From: a bacterium
GTDB taxonomy: Bacteria; Margulisbacteria; Marinamargulisbacteria; GCA-2716485; JAYNIM01
Length of the DNA stretch: 28,968 bases
Direction of reading: 5' to 3'
Assembly (NCBI GenBank): GCA_038109055.1
Contig: JAYNIM010000009.1
Location: 37,651 to 66,618, forward strand
The notes below the pieces were generated by a model. It worked only from the letters and a program-made list of their open reading frames with translations. It was not told the origin of the DNA and did no database searches. This document shows, one piece after another, positions 1 through 9,455 of the stretch (positions within the stretch are counted from its first letter, which is position 1; each line of letters opens with the position of its first letter). The position numbers and the translations under genes are program-made.

Positions 1-304
1 TGGTCTGGTATTTTTCCATTCGTAAACTGTGTTTTAATCAACTCATTTCTTCTCTCGGTGTCGCTTAGCTGTTCTAAAGATGCTTCTACCTGAGATTTTA
101 GATCGTTATATTCTTGCATTTGAGCAAAAATTACTTCACTCGCTACGCTCGTCTTTAAGTTGTCCAACTGATGCTGATTTTCTTCAGTATACTGGTCTGG
201 TATTTTTCCATTCGTAAACTGTGTTTTAATCAACTCATTTCTTCTCTTGGTGTCGCTTAGCTGTTCTAAAGATGCTTCTACCTGAGATTTTAGATCGTCA
301 TATT
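1..304. repeat. Intragenic direct repeat, period 192 bp (1-112 vs 193-304)
   Basis: The two blocks match except at 2 positions; 192 bp = 64 codons. Confidence 0.95.
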
Positions 305-524
305 TCCACGCCGCGTCAACTATTTTTTGTGCTACTATTTTAGCTGCCGGACCGCTTCCTGCCGTTAAAGCACTTTCTACAAAGGTTGCCATTTCTTTTG
401 ATGCCGTTCTATGCAGTTGTGGGTCTGGTTGTAAATCTGTTTGTTTTACATTTTTTGGCTTTGATGGACTTGTTGGTCTTGTTGGCCTTGGTAATTCTGA
501 TCCTAAAGTTCCATTGCTTGACAT
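1..524 (-). CDS. Partial orphan protein with 64-aa internal repeat (runs off the left edge; not in the ORF track)
   Basis: Hand-translated: ATG at 524 preceded by RBS AAAAAGGGG; open to position 1 (MSSNGTLGSELPRPTRPTSPSKPK...YDDLKSQVEASLEQLSDTKRRNELIKTQFTNGKIPDQ...YNDLKSQVEASLEQLSDTERRNELIKTQFTNGKIPDQ). Confidence 0.85.
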   Translation of the reverse strand, partial: MSSNGTLGSELPRPTRPTSPSKPKNVKQTDLQPDPQLHRTASKEMATFVESALTAGSGPAAKIVAQKIVDAAWKYDDLKSQVEASLEQLSDTKRRNELIKTQFTNGKIPDQYTEENQHQLDNLKTSVASEVIFAQMQEYNDLKSQVEASLEQLSDTERRNELIKTQFTNGKIPD

Positions 525-556
525 GGTTTCCCCTTTTTATTTCTTTTACTTCTTAG

Positions 557-582
557 ATACTCTGTTTTTATCTTTCTTAAAC
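557..582 (-). promoter_or_regulatory. Putative sigmaB/SigF-like promoter GTTTA-N15-GAGTAT
   Basis: Same motif and spacing as four other sites in the window; lies upstream of the ATG at 524. Confidence 0.5.
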
Positions 583-696
583 GTTTAGCTTTCAAGATAA
601 AGGTGTGCATCTTTTTACATTTTGTGCCCCTACTCCTTTTACCCCACCGTTTACCATACTTACATCCCCCTTTAATTTTCTTATCTATAGTAGGTT

Positions 697-722
697 ATAC
701 CCTATATGTAACATTCTTAAAC
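697..722 (-). promoter_or_regulatory. Putative sigmaB/SigF-like promoter GTTTA-N15-GGGTAT (second, distal copy)
   Basis: Minus strand reads aaacGTTTAagaatgttacatataGGGTATaa; TTCTTAAACGTTTA is shared with the proximal copy. Confidence 0.6.
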
Positions 723-808
723 GTTTATCTGATATGTAAGTAGGCATTGTGTAAATTAGACCTTAACTACAGCCCCCCATTCTTGATCATTTAAAAATTA
801 ATTATGTT

Positions 809-1447
809 CTAGGCCAGGGTATTGAAATCTGAATTTGGGTCAAAGGAGGTATTTTTTTTGTAAGGAGATGACTGATGTCCCTCTTCCCCTTGGTGTTTTA
901 ATTGATCTAGTTTTTCACTTAGCTCTTGAGTGTCGTCTTGCTGCTTCATTAGGGCTTGGGTACTCGCATCATATTCTGGCACAGAGTTTTTGAGGTCTTT
1001 TTTTGACGTACCTGTATTTGAAATAACTTTGAACTCTTGTTCGATGGGTTTTTTGTTGTAGATATAATACGATCGAAAATCGGGTTTATCTTTGTCTCTT
1101 AAACTTAAAATAAAATGGAAGGTATGCCCAGTATCAATATCTGTTTGTGAGGGATAGGCTACGCCTTTGGGATGGGTATGATACATAGCAAAATAATCGA
1201 GCTTATGCTCGTCAAAAAATTTAAGCGCACGGGACATATCTTCGGCTGTAAACCCAAAAGTATCTGTTTGTACTTCTAGATGTTGATTGAAAATAGGGAA
1301 AATAGCCTTTACTAAGCCTGTTTTTCCGTCTCCCCCCAAAAAACCGCCAGCCTCGATGGGCAAAAGGTCCAAGCCCTGCTTTAAAATGATGTCGTAGTGA
1401 CGTTGTGTAATCTGGAAGCCGCCTTCGGGGGGCTTGCTTAACTTCAT
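809..1447 (-). CDS. JAMM/MPN+ (Mov34, M67 family) metalloprotease with C-terminal extension
   Basis: E...YHTHP-x5-PS-x2-D JAMM motif (EAGGFLGG ... YHTHPKGVAYPSQTD). Confidence 0.85.
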   Translation of the reverse strand: MKLSKPPEGGFQITQRHYDIILKQGLDLLPIEAGGFLGGDGKTGLVKAIFPIFNQHLEVQTDTFGFTAEDMSRALKFFDEHKLDYFAMYHTHPKGVAYPSQTDIDTGHTFHFILSLRDKDKPDFRSYYIYNKKPIEQEFKVISNTGTSKKDLKNSVPEYDASTQALMKQQDDTQELSEKLDQLKHQGEEGHQSSPYKKNTSFDPNSDFNTLA

Positions 1448-1455
1448 GGTATTCT

Positions 1456-2166
1456 TTAGACGGGTGTTTTAATGGTATCAAAAATAGCGGTGATGGCCTC
1501 GGCTGATAAATCGAGTAGCTCATTGAGCTCTGATCGGGCAATGGCGCTTTTTTCGGCTGTACCCTGCACTTCGATGATTTTTCCAGATTCGGTCATCACG
1601 ATGTTCATATCTAATTCCGCCTCCGAATCTTCTTCGTAACATAAATCGACGAGTAGTTCGCCTTCGACTTTGCCTACACTGATTGCCGCAATGTTTTCTT
1701 TGAGTGGATTTTGAGTAATGAGCCCCTTCTCTAACCAATGGTTTATTGCATCTTGTAAGGCGATCATCGCGCCTGTAATGGCGGCTGTTCGGGTGCCGCC
1801 ATCTGCTTGGATAACATCCGCATCAATGCAAATCATTTGCTCGCCAAGTATGTCAAAATCAAGACCTGCTCGCAATGCACGGCCAATTAATCGTTGAATT
1901 TCGCTGGTACGTCCTGATACCTTGCCTTTCGATACTTCGCGGCGTACCCGTGTGTGTGTGGCAGAAGGCAACAAGCTATACTCGGCTGTCAGCCAGCCTT
2001 TGCCTGTATTTTTCAGAAATCTGGGAACAGATTCTTCGAGACAGGCTGTACATAAGACCTTTGTTTCTCCGTAAGAAATTAGCACAGAACCCGCTGCATG
2101 CTTGGTATAATTGCGTTGAATGGTAATAGGTCTTATCTGATTATTTTTTCGTTGATCTTTTCTCAT
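1456..2166 (-). CDS. rph: Ribonuclease PH
   Basis: [23 protein letters not shown] and [12 protein letters not shown] signatures. Confidence 0.98.
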   Translation of the reverse strand: MRKDQRKNNQIRPITIQRNYTKHAAGSVLISYGETKVLCTACLEESVPRFLKNTGKGWLTAEYSLLPSATHTRVRREVSKGKVSGRTSEIQRLIGRALRAGLDFDILGEQMICIDADVIQADGGTRTAAITGAMIALQDAINHWLEKGLITQNPLKENIAAISVGKVEGELLVDLCYEEDSEAELDMNIVMTESGKIIEVQGTAEKSAIARSELNELLDLSAEAITAIFDTIKTPV

Positions 2167-2214
2167 GATTTACTTCCTCTTTAATCGGTTTATTTGTTGG
2201 CTATTATTGCTTAG

Positions 2215-2724
2215 CTATGTGATAGCTGTTCCCTGACTTTTCCCCATTTTATCTTGTTTAATATCCATGGGTGCGTTGTTTTTTTCTTTGTCTTTGTTTT
2301 CAATGTATTGGCGTCCGTTTTCTATCGTATTTTTCATTCGTAATATATCTGTTTGCATTTTCGTGATTACTAATTGTAGATTTGCCAAAACATCGTCAGC
2401 ATATTTTTTACTGCCTGCTTTCATACTTTCCATCTGTTCATAGGCAGATTGCATGAGGTCTTGGGTTTCTTTACTCTTTACCCATCCCTTTTGGGTATTT
2501 AAGGCAAAGGATACCTCTTCTGACTCTAGCTGGGGAACTGGTTCTGTGTCTGTCATGACAGATTTTGGGAGGATGTTACCTTTGTTTTTGATTAAGTCAC
2601 GCATTTTACTGGTTAAATCAAATAGGCGATGTTCTTCTAGGATTACTTTAGATGTTAATGGAATACGTTTAGAGTCCATTACCAAGGCTTCTAGTGCATC
2701 AATCAAGCCTAAAAATTTATCCAT
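2215..2724 (-). CDS. Conserved coiled-coil hypothetical protein of the type found downstream of coaD
   Basis: Likely start MDKFLGLIDALEALV at 2724, overlapping the coaD stop; SKRIPLTSKVIL and YADDVL segments; position in the operon. Confidence 0.7.
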   Translation of the reverse strand: MDKFLGLIDALEALVMDSKRIPLTSKVILEEHRLFDLTSKMRDLIKNKGNILPKSVMTDTEPVPQLESEEVSFALNTQKGWVKSKETQDLMQSAYEQMESMKAGSKKYADDVLANLQLVITKMQTDILRMKNTIENGRQYIENKDKEKNNAPMDIKQDKMGKSQGTAIT

Positions 2725-3208
2725 ACTGTTCTGTCGTCCTTGTAAGATGTTTTTGAACTGATTCTGGCACAAAATCCTTAATGTCCCCGCCAAATTTCAT
2801 GACCTGTCTAATAATACTCGAACTTAAAAAAGCGTATTTTAAATCGGTCATAAAGAACACGGTGTCTATCTTTTCATCGAGACTACGATTGGTCAATGAT
2901 AATTGAAATTCGTAATCAAAATCTGATACCGCTCTTAGCCCTCTGATAATGGTGATACTTTGGTGTTGTTTTGCAAAATCAACCAATAGCCCATCAAAGG
3001 ATTCTACCTTTATTCTGGGATTATCTTTGAAACATTCTTGAATCATGTCTTTGCGTTCTTGAACAGAAAATGTAGGTGTTTTGTCTAGGTTAATAAAAAT
3101 AGCAATAATGATAGACTCAAATTGTTTTAAGGCACGATTGATAATATCGATATGCCCCTTACTAATGGGGTCAAAACTACCAGGATATATTGCGATTTTA
3201 TTGGGCAT
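2717..3208 (-). CDS. coaD: Pantetheine-phosphate adenylyltransferase
   Basis: YPGSFDPISKGH, IIRGLRAVSDFDYE, SSS motifs. Confidence 0.98.
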   Translation of the reverse strand: MPNKIAIYPGSFDPISKGHIDIINRALKQFESIIIAIFINLDKTPTFSVQERKDMIQECFKDNPRIKVESFDGLLVDFAKQHQSITIIRGLRAVSDFDYEFQLSLTNRSLDEKIDTVFFMTDLKYAFLSSSIIRQVMKFGGDIKDFVPESVQKHLTRTTEQYG

Positions 3209-3749
3209 GATGCTGTAATAATGTTAAGTTTGTGCTACTGTAATTGTAGCATTTTATCGATGTACTGTCAGGCAAATTTGGGGTATTGTTTTCGCGTCGC
3301 GTCTCGAAAAATATAAGGGTATTTCGTGTGGAATATGGGGCATCTAGTAACTGCGTGAATACTCGCTCGTATAACTCGGCGTTGTCCCAAGGGGGATCAA
3401 AAAATATAAGATCTACTGTGTCTTTATACTGTTTGAGAAATTGTGCAGCATCTTGTTTTTTGATGCGTAATTCAGGGACCTGTTCAAGGTTTAAGGTGCT
3501 GATATTTTTTTGAATATACTGAATATATCGATCTACAAAATAAACGCTTTTTGCTCCTCTGGAATAGGCTTCAAGGCCCAAAGCCCCTGTTCCACAACAA
3601 AGATCTAGCACATGACAGTCTTTTATATCGACATAGGACTGTGCGATATTAAAGATCGCTTCTTTCACTTTGGCTTGCGTGGGCCTAAAGCGCCTGTTTT
3701 TGGGGTAATATAAACGTCGAGATTTTAATGTTCCACTGATAATTTGCAT
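3198..3749 (-). CDS. rsmD: 16S rRNA m2G966 methyltransferase
   Basis: MQIISG..RPT..VKEAIFN, LDLCCGTGALGLEA, FFDPPW; recG-rsmD-coaD gene order. Confidence 0.93.
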   Translation of the reverse strand: MQIISGTLKSRRLYYPKNRRFRPTQAKVKEAIFNIAQSYVDIKDCHVLDLCCGTGALGLEAYSRGAKSVYFVDRYIQYIQKNISTLNLEQVPELRIKKQDAAQFLKQYKDTVDLIFFDPPWDNAELYERVFTQLLDAPYSTRNTLIFFETRRENNTPNLPDSTSIKCYNYSSTNLTLLQHHAQ

Positions 3750-5869
3750 TAGTTCAAATTATTCTCTTGTAGGTGTTGGTCTTGTTGTTGTACCTTTTGT
3801 TTGAGTTGTGCATGCTCTGGATGCTCGAGTTTTGGGTCGTTATGTAATAGCTCCTTAGCAGATTCTCGGGCCTTGAGTAAGATCTGTTCGTCTCTGACAA
3901 TATCGGCTAATAAAAACTCAGGCAGTCCGGCCTGTTTGGTGCCCAACATGTCGCCAGGGCCTCGGATTTGTAGATCGATCTCGGCAATCTTGAAACCATC
4001 ATGATGGTCGAGCATGGCTTTGATGCGTTTTTTACTATCTGGATTTTTGGGGGTGGCTACCAGATAACAAGAGGACTCTTTTTGACCACGGCCTACTCGG
4101 CCCCGTAATTGATGTAGCTGGGATAATCCGAATCGATCCGCATGCAAAATGACCATCATTGTCGCCTGCGGAACGTCCACTCCCACTTCAATGACCGTAG
4201 TAGAGACTAAAATCTTGCTTTCACCTGCTCGGAAACGTTGCATGACCTCTGCTTTTTGGGCGGGTTTCATTTGACCATGAAGCAGATCAACAGGGAACTC
4301 TGGGAAAAAAGCCTTTATCTCTTCAACGCCTTCTACCGCTGAACGAAGTGCCAAGGTTTCAGACTCTTCTACTAAGGGATAGACAATATAGACTTGCTCG
4401 CCTTTTAAACAACGCGCTTTACAGGCACGCAGTACACGCTCTAAGGATTCTTCTTTGGCCAAATAGGTTTGAATGGGTTTTCGCCCACTTGGGAGCATTG
4501 TAATAATACTTTTATCTAAATCACCAAAACACGTAAGCATAAAACTTCGAGGAATGGGTGTCGCTGTTAAATATAGCGCATGGGGTATTTTGCCTTTGCT
4601 TTGTAGGACTAGACGCTGAAGAACCCCAAAACGATGTTGTTCATCAATCACTACCAATGCTAGATTTGGAATGTGTACATCCTCTTGAATCAGGGCATGT
4701 GTTCCCACTACTAAGCAACATGTTGCTTGTGATAAATACGCTTTTGTGGTGGCTTTTTCTTTTTTGTTTTGTTGGCCTTTGAGCAAAAAGACCTCGATAC
4801 CAAAACACTGGGTTAAACGTTTTAATTTCAGATAATGCTGCTCGGCTAAAATTTGGGTAGGGGCCATAAATGCAGCGACTTGATGGCTATCCAAGGCAAA
4901 TAATAATGCGGCTAGGGCTACTTCTGTTTTGCCACAACCCACATCACCTTGCACCAAGCGATTCATAGCCACTTCGGACTGCACATCCTGAGCGACGGCG
5001 GCAATGGCCTGCTGTTGGCCTTGGGTGAGTTCATAGGGGAGTTGGCGTTGATAGGCCTGCCATAAGGGGCCTGTTGTTGTGAGAGTGACTGCCCCTTTTC
5101 GGCGTTTATTTTGCTGCCCCCTCTGTAATATTCGACACTGATAAATCAATAACTCTTCGAAAATAATACGCTGTTTGGCCTGCTCGAACTGCTGATTGTT
5201 TTGAGGGAAATGTAAGTGTTGGAGACTGTCTGTTAAGGTTGGTAAATTATGCCTTAAACGAACGGTTTGTGGGAGCCCATCACTGAGTTGTTTGGATACC
5301 GTAAAGACAATGGTTTTGGCCATGCGACGAAGCTGATACTGCTGTAGGCCTGATTTTAACTGATAGATGGGGACCACTGTGCTAAAACGCTGGTCTTCGG
5401 GTCGATTGGATAAACGTTCGGTTTCGGCAACTTTGATGACCTTTTCAAGACTATAGTCACTGGTCTCGATTTTTCCTTTGATATAAAAATAGCTCCCGAT
5501 CTGCAAACCTCGTTTCATATAAGGTTGATTAAACCAAACTGCGGTAATAACCGCGCTGTCATCACAGACCCTTGCCTCGATAATACTGAGGCGTTTGCGC
5601 ACTTTTTTTTCGTTGACACTGACTATTTTGACAATGACGCCTTGGCTTTGATTGAGTTGGAGCTGACTGACCTTGGGTAAGGCCCGTCGATCGTCGTATT
5701 TACGTGGAAAAAAATAACAAAAGTCTTCGCAGGTTGTGATTCCGAGGGGTTCTAAGAGTTCTGCTAACTTGGGGCCCACGCCTTTGACATACTGGATCTG
5801 CGTCTCTTTACGAAGGATCTGGCCTGCACTTGGGGCCTGTGGATTTAATAGGGATTGGCTGCGTTCCAT
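3749..5869 (-). CDS. recG: ATP-dependent DNA helicase RecG
   Basis: QGDVGCGKT, DEQHRFG, TATPIPR, QLHQLRGRVGRG; N-terminal wedge domain. Confidence 0.98.
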   Translation of the reverse strand: MERSQSLLNPQAPSAGQILRKETQIQYVKGVGPKLAELLEPLGITTCEDFCYFFPRKYDDRRALPKVSQLQLNQSQGVIVKIVSVNEKKVRKRLSIIEARVCDDSAVITAVWFNQPYMKRGLQIGSYFYIKGKIETSDYSLEKVIKVAETERLSNRPEDQRFSTVVPIYQLKSGLQQYQLRRMAKTIVFTVSKQLSDGLPQTVRLRHNLPTLTDSLQHLHFPQNNQQFEQAKQRIIFEELLIYQCRILQRGQQNKRRKGAVTLTTTGPLWQAYQRQLPYELTQGQQQAIAAVAQDVQSEVAMNRLVQGDVGCGKTEVALAALLFALDSHQVAAFMAPTQILAEQHYLKLKRLTQCFGIEVFLLKGQQNKKEKATTKAYLSQATCCLVVGTHALIQEDVHIPNLALVVIDEQHRFGVLQRLVLQSKGKIPHALYLTATPIPRSFMLTCFGDLDKSIITMLPSGRKPIQTYLAKEESLERVLRACKARCLKGEQVYIVYPLVEESETLALRSAVEGVEEIKAFFPEFPVDLLHGQMKPAQKAEVMQRFRAGESKILVSTTVIEVGVDVPQATMMVILHADRFGLSQLHQLRGRVGRGQKESSCYLVATPKNPDSKKRIKAMLDHHDGFKIAEIDLQIRGPGDMLGTKQAGLPEFLLADIVRDEQILLKARESAKELLHNDPKLEHPEHAQLKQKVQQQDQHLQENNLN

Positions 5870-8097
5870 TGTTGGCTTAGTTCTTGGTTATCTTGCTCGA
5901 TTAACACCTTGCCTTGTTGTTGAACACGTATCTTTTTTTGATGGGTTGACTGGCCTAGATATTGTATTGTGACTCCCTGAGTCAGCCCCATTTTTTCCAG
6001 CTTTTTCCCCTGAGACTTTGGTATTGCTAAGACATAGCCTCCTGTTTCGGCAAACAGGGTCGTAAATGGATCGGACACCAGTTCGATCTCTAGCCCCACG
6101 CAGCTGAGACCCCGCTCGCCTAAGGTCATCTCAATAAGGGTCATCCATAGTCCGCCCATACTGATATCATGACATGCATGGATGATCTCTTTCTCATACA
6201 CACTACGTACAAATTTATTTTGTTTTGCCTCGATTTGTAGATCTACACGAAAAGGATGCTCGGCGGTACATGCCCCTAAACGGGCGACTACACAGCCCTT
6301 AAAATGCGGGCTTGGCTCTGCGACCATATAAAGGCTCATCTCTGGCTCGAAAATTTGCATGGTTCGTGCCTTGCGATAATCGTCTAGTTTGCCCACACAT
6401 AAAATAACTGGGGATGGAATGACCGCTGTGCCATTCTTGGACTCGTTGTATAAACTCACATTGCCCGAAATCAAGGGCAGGGCCTCGCCGCTTTCAACAC
6501 TAAGTGCATTGGCTGCATCGGCAATGCCTTGTACGCCCTGCTGAAAGGTATAAAAGCAGTCTGGGTTTTCTGGATTTCCGTAATTCAAACAATCAGTTAA
6601 GGCTAAGGGCGTGCCCCCTACTGCGACGATATTTCGTACAGACTCGGCGACTGCTGCGGCACCTGCTACATAGGGGTCGGCATGTCCGTAGAGGTTACTA
6701 TCCATCGAGACGGCCACAGCTGCATCACAGCCTGATACGGGAGTGACAACCACCGCATCTGCTTCGCCAGGATACACGACTGTTGCGCCTCTTACTGCAT
6801 TATCATAAAAACGATACACATAACGCTTGGACACACAGTTTGGATCTTGAAGAATGTTTAAAGCCAGCTTTTGTATATCTGTTGTTAAGGGTTTGTCTTC
6901 TTTGCTTGTCAGTGTTACTTTTTTGCTTGGCTTACTTTCACGTTTGACCGATACATCTGTGGTGATGGCGGCAATGGGAAGATCACAGACCCACTTTCCC
7001 TTGTGTTTGAGCTTGAATTGTTTTTCTTGGATGACACGGCCAATTACAGCTGCCCCTGCTTCGGGATACAAGGTGGGAAGTTCGAAATCGGTATTATATA
7101 TAGTTAACACTGTTTCTGCAAAATGCTCGGGTACGGCTAAACAATAGCGCTCTTGAGTTTCTGAACATGCGATCACCTCTGCAGCTAAGCCCTCTATACT
7201 AACATTGACCTGATCTAAATCTATCTCGACGCCAAAGCCCCCCGAAATACCTAGCTCAGACCCTGCACAGGAAATCCCCCCTGCCCCTAAATCCTTGAAT
7301 CCTGCAGAAATACCTTCGTCTTTTATCTTTTTAAATAATGTTTTCGTTGCTTCGACAATGACACGCTTCAAAAAAGGATCGTGTACCTGAACAGCGCCTA
7401 CATTGGTATTTTTGTCGTCTTCGTCTAAGGTTTTGGAGGAAAACGCGGCACCACCAAACCCAGTGGCGTCTGTTGATTTGCCTATTAATATTAATACATA
7501 GGGTTCTGTTGCCGCCTCTTTTGGGACCCGGCTATGAATAATCTGGTCTGTATCAATGATGCCTAATGCAGCAACATTGACCAAACAATTATCGTTATAG
7601 GACTCATGATAGATCGTTTCACCACCTAATACTGGCACACCCAAGGCATTACCATACTCCGATACGCCTTGAACTACTTTGTCTGCAATCTCCTCAACCA
7701 TAGGGGATTGGCCATCCTGATTGAGGCCAAAATGCAAGGAATCAAGTACGCCTATCACATCTGCCCCCATACAATAGACATCTCGAACCACGCCTCCTAC
7801 CCCTGTTGCTGCTCCCTCGATAGGTAAGACTTGGGAAGGGTGGTTATGTGATTCGTGTGCGACGGCAATCCCATAATTAACCCCCTCATGCTGGCAAAAA
7901 CTGACAATCCCTGCGTCTTCTCCGATTCCTAAGGCAACATTTTTCCCTGTCACCGGCAAACGCTTGAGCTCTTTTTTGGTACTTTTATACGAACAGTGCT
8001 CGGACCACATGGTCTCGAAAATAATGCTCTCTGTCTGGCTAGGGTCACGACCTAGCAACGCCTTAATTTGGGATTTTTCTTCATCTGATACTGACAT
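5845..8097 (-). CDS. purL: Phosphoribosylformylglycinamidine synthase subunit PurL (small type)
   Basis: MWSEHCSYKS, ESHNHPS, GAATGVGG, SETQER, DCLNYGNP, GNVSLYN. Confidence 0.97.
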   Translation of the reverse strand: MSVSDEEKSQIKALLGRDPSQTESIIFETMWSEHCSYKSTKKELKRLPVTGKNVALGIGEDAGIVSFCQHEGVNYGIAVAHESHNHPSQVLPIEGAATGVGGVVRDVYCMGADVIGVLDSLHFGLNQDGQSPMVEEIADKVVQGVSEYGNALGVPVLGGETIYHESYNDNCLVNVAALGIIDTDQIIHSRVPKEAATEPYVLILIGKSTDATGFGGAAFSSKTLDEDDKNTNVGAVQVHDPFLKRVIVEATKTLFKKIKDEGISAGFKDLGAGGISCAGSELGISGGFGVEIDLDQVNVSIEGLAAEVIACSETQERYCLAVPEHFAETVLTIYNTDFELPTLYPEAGAAVIGRVIQEKQFKLKHKGKWVCDLPIAAITTDVSVKRESKPSKKVTLTSKEDKPLTTDIQKLALNILQDPNCVSKRYVYRFYDNAVRGATVVYPGEADAVVVTPVSGCDAAVAVSMDSNLYGHADPYVAGAAAVAESVRNIVAVGGTPLALTDCLNYGNPENPDCFYTFQQGVQGIADAANALSVESGEALPLISGNVSLYNESKNGTAVIPSPVILCVGKLDDYRKARTMQIFEPEMSLYMVAEPSPHFKGCVVARLGACTAEHPFRVDLQIEAKQNKFVRSVYEKEIIHACHDISMGGLWMTLIEMTLGERGLSCVGLEIELVSDPFTTLFAETGGYVLAIPKSQGKKLEKMGLTQGVTIQYLGQSTHQKKIRVQQQGKVLIEQDNQELSQQWNAANPY

Positions 8098-8125
8098 ACC
8101 CCTTATTGTATCGAATTATTTATGT

Positions 8126-8151
8126 CTTTAACATGGCTTTAACGTGGGTAT
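8126..8151 (+). promoter_or_regulatory. Putative sigmaB/SigF-like promoter CTTTA-N15-GGGTAT for pcm
   Basis: Matches the motif and spacing seen elsewhere; 10 nt before the ATG at 8162. Confidence 0.5.
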
Positions 8152-8161
8152 ATTATTTAGT

Positions 8162-8770
8162 ATGCAAGATTTGGCTGAATTGATCCTTCATATGACAGAA
8201 AAAGGCGCTTTAAAAAGTATTGATCTCATTCAGGCCTTTGAAACCATGGATCGTCGATTTTTTGTAGCTGAATCCCAACAGAAACATTGTTATGAAGACC
8301 GTCCTTTGCCTATCGGTCTTAACCAAACGATTTCGCAGCCATCTACTGTTGCTATTACGCTGGAACAACTCGCTCCTGAACCCGGCCAACAGATCCTCGA
8401 TATTGGCTGTGGTTCGGGCTGGACCTCGGCGTTATTGGGTCAGATCGTTGGAAAACAAGGCCAGGTATTGGGCCTTGACCGCTTAGCAGAACTCTTGGCT
8501 CTGGGCCAACAACATCTACAGCATTGGGACTTGCCCCATGTAACCTTGGCCTTGGCCGGCCCTACACTGGGCGCCCCAGGCCATACCTTTGATCGGATCT
8601 TGGTCTCTGCTGCTGCTAAAACCTTTCCTGAGTCTCTTCTAACACAACTTCGTCCGAATGGCCGCTTGGTGATCCCCGTCACACATGACATTGTGGTCTG
8701 CCATAAACACGTGGATGGCCGCGTTGATTCTGAGTACCTGAGTGGGTTTCGCTTTGTGCCTTTGCGGTAA
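8162..8770 (+). CDS. pcm: Protein-L-isoaspartate O-methyltransferase
   Basis: QTISQP, LDIGCGSGW, FDRILVSAA, GRLVIPV, FVPL. ATG 8162 is preferred over GTG 8144, which lies inside the putative promoter. Confidence 0.93.
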   Translation: MQDLAELILHMTEKGALKSIDLIQAFETMDRRFFVAESQQKHCYEDRPLPIGLNQTISQPSTVAITLEQLAPEPGQQILDIGCGSGWTSALLGQIVGKQGQVLGLDRLAELLALGQQHLQHWDLPHVTLALAGPTLGAPGHTFDRILVSAAAKTFPESLLTQLRPNGRLVIPVTHDIVVCHKHVDGRVDSEYLSGFRFVPLR

Positions 8771-8863
8771 ATAATCATCTACTATTTAGATACTATTTAG
8801 ATAATGATAACCATCTACTCCTTAGATAAAAATAATCACCTCCTATTTATGTAAAGATTTGTA

Positions 8864-8892
8864 TTGATTTGGATGCTGACAAGATCTATAAT
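8864..8892 (+). promoter_or_regulatory. sigma70-type promoter of tRNA-Asp
   Basis: TTGATT-N17-TATAAT, 14 nt upstream of the tRNA. Confidence 0.8.
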
Positions 8893-8906
8893 GGGTGTTG
8901 CCCATC

Positions 8907-8983
8907 GGGGGCGTAGTTCAGTTGGTTAGAACGCCTGCCTGTCACGCAGGAGGTCGAGGGTTCGAGTCCCTTCGTCCCCGCCA
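8907..8983 (+). tRNA. tRNA-Asp (GTC)
   Basis: 77-nt cloverleaf: acceptor GGGGGCG/CGTCCCC, anticodon arm CCTGC-CTGTCAC-GCAGG, T arm GAGGG-TTCGAGT-CCCTT, encoded CCA. Confidence 0.99.
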
Positions 8984-9193
8984 TTAAAATAAAAAAAGAA
9001 ACACCGCAAGGTGTTTTTTTGTTTTAAGGGCGTGGTGAGCGTAGCGAAAGAAGGGACGAGAACTGCAAGGAGCGCTTAAGCGAATAGCGAGGTTAGCGAA
9101 ACAGATGTTGAGCGGCAAGCGACGCAGACTTGGTCATAGCGGAATGGAACGAAGTGGAATGGAGTAGTGACTCGAGTCCCTTCGTCCCCGCCA
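8984..9193 (+). repeat. tRNA-linked 210-bp unit, copy 1
   Basis: Identical to 9194-9403; ends with the last 22 nt of tRNA-Asp (TCGAGTCCCTTCGTCCCCGCCA). Confidence 0.97.
8999..9020 (+). terminator. Intrinsic terminator after the tRNA (recurs in each 210-bp unit)
   Basis: AAACACC-GCAA-GGTGTTT hairpin followed by a T run and preceded by an A run. Confidence 0.85.
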
Positions 9194-9403
9194 TTAAAAT
9201 AAAAAAAGAAACACCGCAAGGTGTTTTTTTGTTTTAAGGGCGTGGTGAGCGTAGCGAAAGAAGGGACGAGAACTGCAAGGAGCGCTTAAGCGAATAGCGA
9301 GGTTAGCGAAACAGATGTTGAGCGGCAAGCGACGCAGACTTGGTCATAGCGGAATGGAACGAAGTGGAATGGAGTAGTGACTCGAGTCCCTTCGTCCCCG
9401 CCA
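9194..9403 (+). repeat. tRNA-linked 210-bp unit, copy 2
   Basis: Exact tandem copy at a period of 210 bp. Confidence 0.97.
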
Positions 9404-9455
9404 TCGCTTTTATGCGTTAGCTCTGGCACTATCCGTGCATAAGACTCTGACACCT

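Noticed and set aside
8776..8828. TACTATTTAGA tandem and two ATCTA-N5-TAGAT palindromes upstream of the tRNA promoter
   Set aside because: Short and AT-rich; cannot be distinguished from local slippage.
8962..9403. CRISPR array (22-bp repeats with spacers)
   Set aside because: The repeats are tRNA 3' ends, the intervening 188-bp segments are identical rather than unique, and no cas genes are present.
9404..9455. Integrase remnant at the left end of cassette 1
   Set aside because: A stop lies three codons from the core in the WRG frame; no similarity to the cassette 2 left end was seen.
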